Positions 10,369 through 20,058 of a DNA stretch of 64,000 nucleotides are shown here, piece by piece. Source of the DNA: a virus; the IMG/VR virus record IMGVR_UViG_3300011115_000717, positions 43,929 through 107,928 of that record, one strand, 5' to 3'. How positions within the stretch are numbered: position 1 is the stretch's first letter; every line of letters begins with the position of its first letter. The notes under the pieces are model-generated. The model ran no database searches. It saw nothing but the letters and a program-made list of their open reading frames with translations, and was not told the origin of the DNA. The position numbers were made by a program, and so were the translations under genes.

Positions 10369-12000
10369 ATGGCACTAGATTTCCCTACATCACCAGCACT
10401 GAATGAAATTTACACATATGGTGGTCGTTCCTGGAAGTGGAACGGAACTGCATGGGATGTTTATAGTACCGTAAGTGGTGATGTTGTAACAAAACTTAAT
10501 GGTTTGACTGGTGGTGTAACTCTTGCTGCTGGGTCAAATATTACTCTAACTCCAGTTGGTAATACCATTACTATTGCGTCTTCTGGTGGTGGTGGTACTG
10601 GTAGTGGTGCGACTGGTGCAACTGGAGCAACGGGTCCACAAGGAAACACAGGTCCAGTTGGAGATTATGTAAGCACATTCAATGGACTCACAGGTGCTGT
10701 AACTGGTGTAACTCTTGGTGGTGCAGCCTTTACAGGACTCGTATCTTCTACAGTTGGATTCTCTGGTCCTGGAACAAATCTCATAGGTAACGCATCTGGA
10801 TTGACTGCTGGTAGTGCTTCTAAAGTTCAAATTTCTGAAGCAGCAACAAGTACCGTGCATTATCTGGCTCTTGCAACTGGTACTGGTAACACTGGAATTT
10901 ATATTGATACATCTGCTCCAAGATGGACATATACTCCGAGTACAGGATTACTGACTACCCCAACAGGAATTTTAACAGCACCGACTATAAATTCTAGTGG
11001 CACTGTTTATACAAATAATATTAACACTTATGTTTATGGTAATCCAATTACTATTTCTAGTGATGGTGGAATTAATATAAATGAAACAAGTGGTACGGGT
11101 CTTGATGTGAATACCATTGGGACTATTCGTATGGGTGATATTTCTGGATTTGATAATGGTTATATTTTTGCTATAAATGAGAGTGCTGGAGAAGTAGACT
11201 TTAGTGGTATGAGCATAATAAATGCTGGAGGAGTAGTTACAACATTCAATGGACTATATGGTGCAGTTACTGGTGTCAGTAAATTGAATGGTCTTTCAGG
11301 TGGCGTAACTCTCGCAGCCGGTACAAATATCACACTGACTCCCGTAGGAAATACAATTACCATTGCGTCTTCTGGTGGCGGTGGTGGAAGTTCTGTATAT
11401 GGAGTTACTGCAAGTCTTGACTTCTCTGAAAATATTAATGGAATTCGATTGACGATTGGAGGAACTGGTAGCAATGGAACTGATCTTTCAGTAATAAATA
11501 AAGCAATTTCAATAGTTCCAACAATTTCTACATCGGGTGCAACATATTCATGTGTTTTTGTTTCTGCAACACCTTCATATTCCACCGCCACATCGCAGTG
11601 GGCTGCAAAATTAATTTTGAAACCACCATTTGGAACAGGTGTTACATCTGCCAGTACTATTATTGCTGCCCCAATAACACAAATTTCTTTATATGTTACA
11701 GGATTAACTGGAAATACATATACAGATAATTGGACAAATATTTCAGGATCTGATTTGTATCATCAAGACGCAACCTATGTAACTAAAACTCTCACAGGAA
11801 TTACATGGGTTTCAGATAGTATGTTCTTAAACTGCAAAGTTTTAGGACTCACATCAGCAGATCACACTCCAGAGGATGCAATTCTAGAGGGTGTTAATTT
11901 CGAGATAAATAATATACTGGGAGGCACAGGGTTCGACATAATCGGACATGCTCCCGAAGGCACATACGGTAAGTACACAATTAAATGTTTAGGTCAATAA
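10369..12000 (+). CDS. Tail-fibre-like protein
   Basis: MALDFPTSP...WKWNGTAW N-terminal module; repeated V.(T/K)(F/L)NGLTG.V motifs; G/T/S-rich. Confidence 0.75.
   Translation: MALDFPTSPALNEIYTYGGRSWKWNGTAWDVYSTVSGDVVTKLNGLTGGVTLAAGSNITLTPVGNTITIASSGGGGTGSGATGATGATGPQGNTGPVGDYVSTFNGLTGAVTGVTLGGAAFTGLVSSTVGFSGPGTNLIGNASGLTAGSASKVQISEAATSTVHYLALATGTGNTGIYIDTSAPRWTYTPSTGLLTTPTGILTAPTINSSGTVYTNNINTYVYGNPITISSDGGININETSGTGLDVNTIGTIRMGDISGFDNGYIFAINESAGEVDFSGMSIINAGGVVTTFNGLYGAVTGVSKLNGLSGGVTLAAGTNITLTPVGNTITIASSGGGGGSSVYGVTASLDFSENINGIRLTIGGTGSNGTDLSVINKAISIVPTISTSGATYSCVFVSATPSYSTATSQWAAKLILKPPFGTGVTSASTIIAAPITQISLYVTGLTGNTYTDNWTNISGSDLYHQDATYVTKTLTGITWVSDSMFLNCKVLGLTSADHTPEDAILEGVNFEINNILGGTGFDIIGHAPEGTYGKYTIKCLGQ
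10492..11388 (+). repeat. Internal duplicated module KLNGL(T/S)GGVTLAAG(S/T)NITLTPVGNTITIASSGGGG (two copies, ~10492-10596 and ~11281-11385)
   Basis: Near-identical peptide, many synonymous differences. Confidence 0.85.
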
Positions 12001-12010
12001 GGAGACTCTA

Positions 12011-13507
12011 ATGGGCGTTAATATCAAGGGCGGTAATAATTCAGCGGGTTTAGCAAATGTGAGTTCCACATACGAACTACAGGTGGTGACTCCTATAACT
12101 GAAGTCGATGCAGGTTTCGTACAGTTGAGTACGGAAATTGACGCGGGAGATGTCACAGGAACGCGTTCCGTGGTTGCACTTGAAGCCTCTGACGACTATC
12201 GCCTCCGTGTGGGTATTGACCAGACTGTGTTCAATGCTTCCTTTGAAGGCACAACACTCCTGACTACTACCTGGAGTCAGTTGCTAACTACAGCAACCAC
12301 TGCCCAAGCCAACGGATTTATGTCGCTTAACTCTACTCCAAGCACAGCCAGTGGTGCAGCAGCGTATGTGCGTACTCATCGACACTTTCCTACATTCGGA
12401 ACTTATCCCACCTACTGTGATATGTGGATTCGTGAAGCCAATACAGCGGCTACAAACTCCATCAGCGAATGGGGATTTCTGTATCTCACTGCACAGGCTA
12501 CACAACAACCCATTGACGGTATTTATTTCCGCCGCATTTCAGGCGGACAGTTGTACGCAGTAGTCACGAACAACTCCACAGATATTGCGTCAGCCGCCAT
12601 CACCACCACCAATGTGCCGCCCCGTGATGGTGTGGGTGCATTTGACGCAACAGAATCCAATCACTATATGCTTACCTACCACAATGATGTGGCTCGGTTC
12701 TGGATCAACGATGTCATCGTTGCAGAATTGGCTTGCCCTGCTGCTCAGGCACAGTTGACTTCTTCGTCCAATAATCCTGTTGGTTTCCGTGTTCTTAATA
12801 CGGGTGTTGCATCAGTTGGACGGCAACTTACTGTTGGATTTGTAAATGTAGGATTGGGTGATCAAAATGTCAATAAGCCGTGGTCTCATGCTCTCTGTGG
12901 TATGGGTAATGGTGCGTATCAGTTTGCAAACGGTAACACACCTGGTCCAACCGTGAAACGAACCGCTGGTACAAGCGGACACCCTGCAAGCGGAACTGTT
13001 CGTATTGCAGGTACATGGACTGCAACATCAGCACCCGCACTAAACGAACTTGGTGGATTGTGGACAACTCCTGCTATGTCAACACTAGCATCAGATGCTG
13101 ACTATCCTGTGTTTGCATTTCAGAATCCAACAGGTACGGCTGTACTGCCAGGTAAGACTCTGTATGTTACAGGTGTTCGTGTGGGTGAGGCGTTCGTCTC
13201 GGCTGCGGCTTCCACCAATGCCATGTTCCTGTCCTACATTATTGCGGTTGGAAACAGCGCATCGGGTACTGGCACAGCAGATGCAGCAACAACGGTTTCG
13301 GGTAAGTCTGTTACTATTGGTGGTCACGGATTCATTGCAACCGAAGTAGTAGGTAACTATAAACCAGGATTTGAAATGCGTTTTGATTCTCCACTAATGG
13401 TTCCTGCGGGTCAGTATTTTACATTCATTGTTCGTCCGTTTGGTACAGTAGCATCAAATACTCTTGTGATTACATGCAGTCTTGCAGTGAACGGATACTT
13501 TGAATAA
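12011..13507 (+). CDS. Putative virion structural/fibre protein, paralog A
   Basis: Colinear with 13813-15315 (LEASDDYRLR, FGTYPTY.DMW, NVGLGDQN.NKPWSH, AVNGYFE); AAGGAG RBS. Confidence 0.75.
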   Translation: MGVNIKGGNNSAGLANVSSTYELQVVTPITEVDAGFVQLSTEIDAGDVTGTRSVVALEASDDYRLRVGIDQTVFNASFEGTTLLTTTWSQLLTTATTAQANGFMSLNSTPSTASGAAAYVRTHRHFPTFGTYPTYCDMWIREANTAATNSISEWGFLYLTAQATQQPIDGIYFRRISGGQLYAVVTNNSTDIASAAITTTNVPPRDGVGAFDATESNHYMLTYHNDVARFWINDVIVAELACPAAQAQLTSSSNNPVGFRVLNTGVASVGRQLTVGFVNVGLGDQNVNKPWSHALCGMGNGAYQFANGNTPGPTVKRTAGTSGHPASGTVRIAGTWTATSAPALNELGGLWTTPAMSTLASDADYPVFAFQNPTGTAVLPGKTLYVTGVRVGEAFVSAAASTNAMFLSYIIAVGNSASGTGTADAATTVSGKSVTIGGHGFIATEVVGNYKPGFEMRFDSPLMVPAGQYFTFIVRPFGTVASNTLVITCSLAVNGYFE

Positions 13508-13788
13508 TGGCACTTCTTCAAATAATACAATCTCAAAATGGTGTTCCTGCCAATTATTGGAAAATTACATCTGTAGTTTTCAATTTGAGTGGATCGTGCA
13601 CCATAAGAGTTGATGGGTATTTTGATGAGACTGCTCGGAGAGATAATTATGATGCTATGAAGTATTTTTCCTACACAGTGGATTCTGCAAATATGGCAAC
13701 TGTATTTCCAACAGGATTCAATCTTATGGCTGCGTATGATTATGTGAAAACACAAGTAGAGTTTTCGTTTGGTTCTGTTGATGTGTGA
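13507..13788 (+). CDS. Small fibre-associated (chaperone-like) protein
   Basis: GVPANYWKI...AYDYVKTQVEF..SVDV pattern typical of small genes after fibre genes; TAATG coupling. Confidence 0.6.
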   Translation: MALLQIIQSQNGVPANYWKITSVVFNLSGSCTIRVDGYFDETARRDNYDAMKYFSYTVDSANMATVFPTGFNLMAAYDYVKTQVEFSFGSVDV

Positions 13789-13812
13789 TTATTTAATTGA
13801 GAAAGAATATAA

Positions 13813-15315
13813 ATGGGTATTAAACTTCAAGGTGGAAACGATTCAACTAATCTGACAAGTGTGGATGCTCTGAATCAACTCAGAGTAACTACACCATTAA
13901 CAGGAGTGTGTGCAGGATTTGTACAAGCCAGTGTTGAGAATGATGTGGGTGATGTGCTTGGATCTCGTGAAGTACTTGTACTTGAAGCCTCCGATGACTA
14001 TCGTCTTCGCAGTGGTCTAGATCAGACGGTATTTAATACTACCTTTGAAGGTACCGTTCTACACACTTCGATATGGTTTCAATCTTTGTCTGTTATGACT
14101 ACGGGAGTAGTCAATGGTTTTTTAACATTGAATGCTGGACTTAATACTGCTGCTGCTTCTGTTGCATATGTTCGTACCTACAGACAGTTTCCAGTCTTTG
14201 GAACTTATCCCACCTATGTTGATATGTGGGTTCGTGAATCTTTACCCGATACTACCAATTGTATTAGTGAATGGGGTCTGATCTATACAGTCGCATCTGC
14301 TACACAACAATTAACTGATGCTATATGTTTTCGCCGTACTTCAAGTGGTCAGTTACGAGTGGCTATTGTAAATAATAATATTGATGTAGAAGAAGAGGCT
14401 GTCAATGTGACAGGAGTTCCTTCTCGACATGGTGTTGGTATGTATGATCCATCACAATCTAATCATTATTTGATAACAGTCATGAATGATATAGTTCGGT
14501 TTTGGATTAATGATACACTCGTTGCAGAAATAAAATGCCCTTCTGCACAGGCAAATTTTTCATCTGCTTCTGCTCTGCCTGTTGGGTTTCGTGTCCTAAA
14601 TCTTGCTGCTACATCCACATCACGACAAATTTCAATAGGTTATGTGAATGTAGGCTTGGGAGATCAGAATACCAACAAACCGTGGAGTCATGTATTAAGT
14701 GGTATGGGTCAAGGCTCATATCAAGTACAACAGGGATCCGCAACAATTCTAGGAACAGTTACTCGCTCTGGTGCAGGATTAGCAGGACATCCAAATAGTG
14801 CAACTGTTCGTGCTGCTGGCACATTTACACAAAGTTCAGGTCCATCAACAGGTAGTCTTGGTGGACTGTGGACATCACCCGCAATGTCTACACTCACAAC
14901 AGAATTTGAGTATCCAATATTTTCTTATATAAATCCTGTGGGTACTGCTGCTATTCCAGGTAAGACTCTATATGTTACTGGAATTCGTATTGGTGAGACC
15001 AGTGCAACTGTGGCAGCAGCAGCGGGTGGTATGTTTCTATCTTACATTGTTATGCCTGAGTCATCAGGATCAAGTATGGCAACTACAGACTCAGTAACAA
15101 ACACATCGGGTAAATCTATAGTTATGGGTGGACAAGGATTTGCTTCAACTGATGTGGCGGGAACCATGAAGCCAGGATTCGATATGTCTTTTCCTTCTCC
15201 TCTTGTTATTCCTGCTGGTAAATATTTAATTATTGGAGTCCGTTTATCAGGAACTACAGCATTAAATACTCTTGTAGTAACGGGAAGCGTTGCAGTCAAT
15301 GGATACTTTGAATAA
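13813..15315 (+). CDS. Putative virion structural/fibre protein, paralog B
   Basis: Full-length paralog of 12011-13507. Confidence 0.75.
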   Translation: MGIKLQGGNDSTNLTSVDALNQLRVTTPLTGVCAGFVQASVENDVGDVLGSREVLVLEASDDYRLRSGLDQTVFNTTFEGTVLHTSIWFQSLSVMTTGVVNGFLTLNAGLNTAAASVAYVRTYRQFPVFGTYPTYVDMWVRESLPDTTNCISEWGLIYTVASATQQLTDAICFRRTSSGQLRVAIVNNNIDVEEEAVNVTGVPSRHGVGMYDPSQSNHYLITVMNDIVRFWINDTLVAEIKCPSAQANFSSASALPVGFRVLNLAATSTSRQISIGYVNVGLGDQNTNKPWSHVLSGMGQGSYQVQQGSATILGTVTRSGAGLAGHPNSATVRAAGTFTQSSGPSTGSLGGLWTSPAMSTLTTEFEYPIFSYINPVGTAAIPGKTLYVTGIRIGETSATVAAAAGGMFLSYIVMPESSGSSMATTDSVTNTSGKSIVMGGQGFASTDVAGTMKPGFDMSFPSPLVIPAGKYLIIGVRLSGTTALNTLVVTGSVAVNGYFE

Positions 15316-15316
15316 C

Positions 15317-15344
15317 TTGACTTTAATTTTCTTTATGCTATAAT
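15317..15344 (+). promoter_or_regulatory. sigma70-type promoter of dut, leaderless
   Basis: TTGACT-16nt-TATAAT, ATG 6 nt downstream. Confidence 0.75.
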
Positions 15345-15350
15345 AGTCAC

Positions 15351-15869
15351 ATGTTCTTAGACTACTTTAAAGTTTCTCCAAATATTCCAGATCCAAACTT
15401 TCAGACCAAAATGTCTGCCTGCTTTGATCTAGCCGCATATATTCCATCTACTGAAAAAGTAAAAATTTATGATGGAAAAAAGGAAAATTCCTTTCTTCCA
15501 GATCATGATGGAGAAAAAGGTCAAGATTACATCACCCTAATGCCTTCTGAAAGGGCTCTAATTCGCACAGGCTTGACTTTTAACGTGCCCCAAGGATATT
15601 CTGTCCGAATACACCCTAGATCAGGAATGGCTCTTAAATACGGTCTTACGCTTGCAAATTGCGAAGGCGTAGTCGATGAAGATTACACCTATGAGACCAA
15701 AATTATCATGATCAATACTAGCACAGATCCTGTCAGAATCTATAATAGAGATAGAATTGCACAGGCTGAACTCGTAAAGTATGAACAGCCAACGCTAATG
15801 GAAATTTATACAGAACCGAGTCTCAAGTCAGACCGTATCGGTGGGTTCGGTAGTACTGGAATCAGTTGA
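15351..15869 (+). CDS. dut: Trimeric dUTPase
   Basis: ACFDL, PRSG, GVVDEDY, RIAQ, RIGGFGSTG. Confidence 0.95.
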   Translation: MFLDYFKVSPNIPDPNFQTKMSACFDLAAYIPSTEKVKIYDGKKENSFLPDHDGEKGQDYITLMPSERALIRTGLTFNVPQGYSVRIHPRSGMALKYGLTLANCEGVVDEDYTYETKIIMINTSTDPVRIYNRDRIAQAELVKYEQPTLMEIYTEPSLKSDRIGGFGSTGIS

Positions 15870-16097
15870 TTTCTTTTTAGAAAATTTAATTGATTTAAAT
15901 TCTTTCCAGACTAACCAAACTACGAATACGACAACTGGAAAATACCAGAATGCCCATTCGGATGCTTTGTCTGGAGTATTGAAAAAAGAATTTTCAGAGA
16001 CTGTGTGAATATGTTCACCAGTCTTTGTCTTTAATGTGACAAATTCAGGACTAGTACATGAGGCGAGAAAGAGAATGATTGGAAGTAAATATTTCAT
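15828..16097 (-). CDS. Lipoprotein with C-terminal TM helix (candidate unimolecular spanin)
   Basis: MKYLLPIILFLASC lipobox; WAFWYFPVVVFVVWLVW helix followed by basic residues. Confidence 0.55.
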   Translation of the reverse strand: MKYLLPIILFLASCTSPEFVTLKTKTGEHIHTVSENSFFNTPDKASEWAFWYFPVVVFVVWLVWKEFKSIKFSKKKSTDSSTTEPTDTV

Positions 16098-16525
16098 TTG
16101 TTGCTCCCTGCTGCTGAACCAAAGTAGAACCCAACAACGGCAAGTAGAACTTGACGATTTTCTTCTGCTAAGAAATATCCTGGAATTTCAATAAAGTATT
16201 TACGAGTTGTTTCTGGAATGAATCCAAAGATAGCATCTGGTTGTTTCTGTGAAATTTCTACAAAGGTAGGAATACCAAAGAACGGTAAGACGAATGGAGC
16301 AGCCACAACTGCAAATAGGCAAGCAAGTACAATAAGACGACGAACATTCTTACCTACATCTATTGGAACTCGTTGAACAGCCTTATCTTGATTTTCAGTA
16401 GTTTGAGTATTTGCTTTGAGCATTTGCTCAAACATCTCTTTTTGATCCTGAGCCCGTTGAGCCCAGTACTTGAAAAGAAACCCAGTAGCAGTTCCACCAA
16501 TTAATGATATGAGTTGTTCAGACAT
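16094..16525 (-). CDS. Membrane protein (holin-like)
   Basis: 2-3 hydrophobic segments, C-terminal AVVGFYFGS motif. Confidence 0.6.
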   Translation of the reverse strand: MSEQLISLIGGTATGFLFKYWAQRAQDQKEMFEQMLKANTQTTENQDKAVQRVPIDVGKNVRRLIVLACLFAVVAAPFVLPFFGIPTFVEISQKQPDAIFGFIPETTRKYFIEIPGYFLAEENRQVLLAVVGFYFGSAAGSNK

Positions 16526-16533
16526 AATATACC

Positions 16534-17151
16534 TCAGTTCTTTTGATGTGAAAGTTGAATCTCAATCGACTCTTTGATAGCCTTAAAATGTTTCATTAAA
16601 ATTTCTTCTTCTAGTTGTGGCTCAAAGTCTTCATGCCATTGAAGTAAAATAAATCCAATATTAATACCTTTATTTTTTAAAGGAAGACATGCATAATCTG
16701 ATACATTTTCATCTTCAAAGAACCCTTTGGTGTAACTTTCAGGTAATGACCGAAGAGGATAAATTAAATTTTTATTATCTAAAACATGGACCAATAAGGG
16801 AATAAACATAGAACATAAACTTGCTTTTAATTTTATTACCTGTGAGTTGTATCCTTTATGAGAGGATTCATGTGTTACAGAAAATTTACGCATGGAAATT
16901 CCATCCATAAAATAATCTCCATTATGAAACTGTAAAATGCTTGCTCTCATGCACTTTGTGGTAACTCTAAGTTCTGTTAATAATTCGTGTATTTCTGTAT
17001 GAATTTCAATAAAATTATCTGTTTTTATTCTAGACTTTACAAATTTCATAATTCCATATACACCCCCGATCACACCTACCATAATAAGAGAAATAATGTC
17101 TATAAATTTGGTATAATCGATGAGAGATAACAGCATATATTGAAACTCCAT
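16534..17151 (-). CDS. Single-TM protein with GAF-like domain (T4 holin T-like topology)
   Basis: N-terminal TM, then RASILQFHNG...KFSVTHES...ACLPL....IGFILLQW; late promoter upstream; start 17151 or 17160. Confidence 0.6.
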   Translation of the reverse strand: MEFQYMLLSLIDYTKFIDIISLIMVGVIGGVYGIMKFVKSRIKTDNFIEIHTEIHELLTELRVTTKCMRASILQFHNGDYFMDGISMRKFSVTHESSHKGYNSQVIKLKASLCSMFIPLLVHVLDNKNLIYPLRSLPESYTKGFFEDENVSDYACLPLKNKGINIGFILLQWHEDFEPQLEEEILMKHFKAIKESIEIQLSHQKN

Positions 17152-17163
17152 TGGGCGCATTAA

Positions 17164-17202
17164 TATTTATATTCTTGACTATGGGGTGTAATGTGGTATA
17201 AT
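17164..17202. promoter_or_regulatory. Divergent promoters: late ATAAATA (-) and sigma70 (+)
   Basis: TATTTAT at 17164-17170; TTGACT-16nt-TATAAT at 17175-17202. Confidence 0.7.
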
Positions 17203-17209
17203 ATACACC

Positions 17210-17530
17210 ATGAATAAAGATGAATTGTTCCACCTACACGAAGACATTTGCCGTCGTGCCTTAGTTATAATGCGGGCAAAATCCGCCGATTACTCCTCTG
17301 GATCAGACCCTTTTGCTAACTTTAAGCGAGGAGAGATACTGGGGTTTGCGAGTGCCGAAGAGGGGTTAATGTTGCGAGTAGTCGATAAAATCTCACGTAT
17401 TTCCACTTTTCTTAAGAAGGGTGAACTAAAAGTGGGAAATGAGAGTGTTCAAGACAGTATTCTTGATGTTATTAATTATATGATTTTACTTCAGGGGTTG
17501 TTGACAGATAAAGAAACCAAATCATTATGA
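17210..17530 (+). CDS. Nucleotide-modification-associated (DUF1599/Nmad1-like, MazG-fold) protein
   Basis: K.ADY....DPFANF, RVVDKISRI, ESVQDSILDVINY. Confidence 0.75.
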   Translation: MNKDELFHLHEDICRRALVIMRAKSADYSSGSDPFANFKRGEILGFASAEEGLMLRVVDKISRISTFLKKGELKVGNESVQDSILDVINYMILLQGLLTDKETKSL

Positions 17531-20034
17531 AATTTTATACAGCATGTGCTCTTAAAGGGAACAAGGTTCTTGTTCGTGGATATCGTAATGGTGCCCGTTT
17601 TACGGACACTGTTTCATTTAAGCCCTCGCTGTACGTTCGTACCGACAAACCAACCAAGTATACCACTTTGACAGGTGTCAAGGTTGGTCGTATTGAGTTT
17701 GAGACATTATACGAATGTCGTAAATTTCTTGACCAATACAGAGAACTAGATGATTGCCCGATTTATGGAAACACTGATTTCATTACTCAATATATCATGG
17801 AGACTTATGCGTCTGAGGTGGAATACGATCTTTCCAAGATCAAAGTAGCCTACTTGGACCTTGAATGTGAGACGGAAGGTGGATTCCCTAATCTTGATGC
17901 GCCTAATGAACGCATCAACTTGGTGACGATTCGTATCTCTGGTGTTAATTATGTTATCACCATGAAGCCCGTCAAACTTCCGGACTGTAAAGTTATTTTA
18001 GTTGCTTCTGAAAAAGAATTGATTAAAAAGATTTTTGATATTTTGAAACACTGCGACCCAGATATTTTGACTGGGTGGAATATCAAACTGTTTGACATGC
18101 CTTATATCATTGGTCGTGCAAAACTATTCTTTGATGAAAAAGAAATTCAAGGATGGATGCCATTTGGGCTGATGAAAATGCGTATTACTAATATTGGTGG
18201 TAAAGATTATACACTATATGAGTTTCCAGGATATACTATTCTCGATTACATGGATTTGTATAAGAAGTTTTCCGGAACTAACCAAGAGAGTTATGCCCTA
18301 AATAATATAGCAAAGGTAGAACTAGATGAACAAAAACTGGACTATACCGAGTATGGGTCATTGCGTGAGTTTTATACGCAAAACTTTCAAAAGTTTGCTG
18401 AGTACAATATCCAAGACGTGGTCTTGGTTGAGCGACTTGAGGATAAATTAAAGTTAATTGATCTTGCTGTTTCGATTGCATATGAAGCCAAGATCACCTT
18501 TGATACAGTCTTCTTTGCTACACGTATTTGGGAAACCATTTGTTGTGACTATCTTGCCAAACAAAACATTGTTCCACCACTAAAGACTAAGTACGCCAAG
18601 GACGAGCAGTTCATTGGTGCATATGTCAAGGATGTTATTCCGGGTCTGTATAAAAATGTTGTGAGTTTCGATGCAACATCTCTATATCCATCTATTATCA
18701 TTGGTTGGAACATTTCACCCGAGACATGTATTGTCAAGAATTCATCATTGAATGCGGATGACTTTTTGCGTAGCAAGCGCAAAGAGATTCCAGACATGAT
18801 TCAAGATGCTGTTGATCAGAATGCATGTTTGGCATGTAATGGTTCAGTCTTCTCAAATACTGTTAAGGGATTCATTCCTACTTTGATTGAGATTACTTTT
18901 AATCAGCGTCAGGAAGCCAAGAAGAAGATGATCAAGTTGGAGAAGGAATACGAGATCTCGAAAGATAAGAATCTTATTCCATTGATTGCTGCGCTTAAGA
19001 TTCGCCAATCTGTGAAGAAGATTTTGGCTAACAGTCTTTATGGTTGTCTCGGTAATCCTGCCTTCACATACTCATCACCAGAACTTGCAACAGCAGTGAC
19101 TGTTACGGGTCAGGTTATCATTCGCTCTGCTGAAGAACAAATGAATGCTTATATCAATAAGGTGATGAAAAATAAAATTACAAAGGATTATGTCATTGCC
19201 GTTGATACGGATTCTGTTTATCTAAATCTTGAAGATATTATTTTTAGAGTCTCAGAAGGTAGTCCTATTAAAGATGTCACTTCCTTCATCGATAATATTT
19301 GTGAAAACAATATTCAAAAAGAATTAAGTGGGAGTATGAGCCTACTTACAACTAAATTGAATTGTCTCTCTAATAAAATTGTATTTAAGCGCGAAGCAAT
19401 TGCATCAGTTGGACTGTTTGTTGCCAAAAAGAAATATGCATTGCTGTTAAATGATCTTGAAGGTATTCGTTTTAGTGAACCTAAGCTAAAGATCATGGGT
19501 CTTGAATCTGTTCGCAGTAGTACCCCGGGTATCGTTAGAGCAAAACTCAAAGAGTGTATCATGATTATTATGACACAGAATGAGGACAAGTTACGTAAGT
19601 ATGTGAATACATTTTACGATGAATTTATCAAGTTACCTATTGAGGATATTGCATCACCAAGAGGAGTTAAAGGTATTTCAAAGTACACGAGTAATGCTGA
19701 TATATATAAAGGTGGTACACCAATAGCAACAAAGGCAGCACTGTTACATAATGCATATGTCAAAAAAATGCATATCGATAAAACAGTTCCGTCTATCAAA
19801 GAAAATGATAAAATTAAATTTGTCTTTGTAAAGGTCCCAAACCCATATGGAACCAATGGCAAAGATGGTGTGATGGGATTCATCAATAAATGCCCACCAG
19901 AATTTGAATTGAAAAAATATATTGATTTAGAGAAACAGTTTGAAAAAACCTTTTATGAACCTCTTGACAATATTTTACAAGTTATTAAATGGTCGATCAG
20001 TAACAAAATTACACTTGAATCTTTTTTTGGATAA
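17527..20034 (+). CDS. gp43: Family B DNA polymerase gp43
   Basis: Exo DLECE, TGWN..FD, YNIQDV; pol SFDATSLYPS, KILANSLYG, DTDS; ends LESFFG (clamp-binding motif). Confidence 0.97.
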   Translation: MKFYTACALKGNKVLVRGYRNGARFTDTVSFKPSLYVRTDKPTKYTTLTGVKVGRIEFETLYECRKFLDQYRELDDCPIYGNTDFITQYIMETYASEVEYDLSKIKVAYLDLECETEGGFPNLDAPNERINLVTIRISGVNYVITMKPVKLPDCKVILVASEKELIKKIFDILKHCDPDILTGWNIKLFDMPYIIGRAKLFFDEKEIQGWMPFGLMKMRITNIGGKDYTLYEFPGYTILDYMDLYKKFSGTNQESYALNNIAKVELDEQKLDYTEYGSLREFYTQNFQKFAEYNIQDVVLVERLEDKLKLIDLAVSIAYEAKITFDTVFFATRIWETICCDYLAKQNIVPPLKTKYAKDEQFIGAYVKDVIPGLYKNVVSFDATSLYPSIIIGWNISPETCIVKNSSLNADDFLRSKRKEIPDMIQDAVDQNACLACNGSVFSNTVKGFIPTLIEITFNQRQEAKKKMIKLEKEYEISKDKNLIPLIAALKIRQSVKKILANSLYGCLGNPAFTYSSPELATAVTVTGQVIIRSAEEQMNAYINKVMKNKITKDYVIAVDTDSVYLNLEDIIFRVSEGSPIKDVTSFIDNICENNIQKELSGSMSLLTTKLNCLSNKIVFKREAIASVGLFVAKKKYALLLNDLEGIRFSEPKLKIMGLESVRSSTPGIVRAKLKECIMIIMTQNEDKLRKYVNTFYDEFIKLPIEDIASPRGVKGISKYTSNADIYKGGTPIATKAALLHNAYVKKMHIDKTVPSIKENDKIKFVFVKVPNPYGTNGKDGVMGFINKCPPEFELKKYIDLEKQFEKTFYEPLDNILQVIKWSISNKITLESFFG

Positions 20035-20058
20035 TACATCAGAACGGAATGTTAAGAA

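Noticed and set aside
8163-15315. Diversity-generating retroelement or invertase-based fibre switching
   Set aside because: No reverse transcriptase or recombinase in the window; paralog differences are not adenine-specific and copies are in direct orientation
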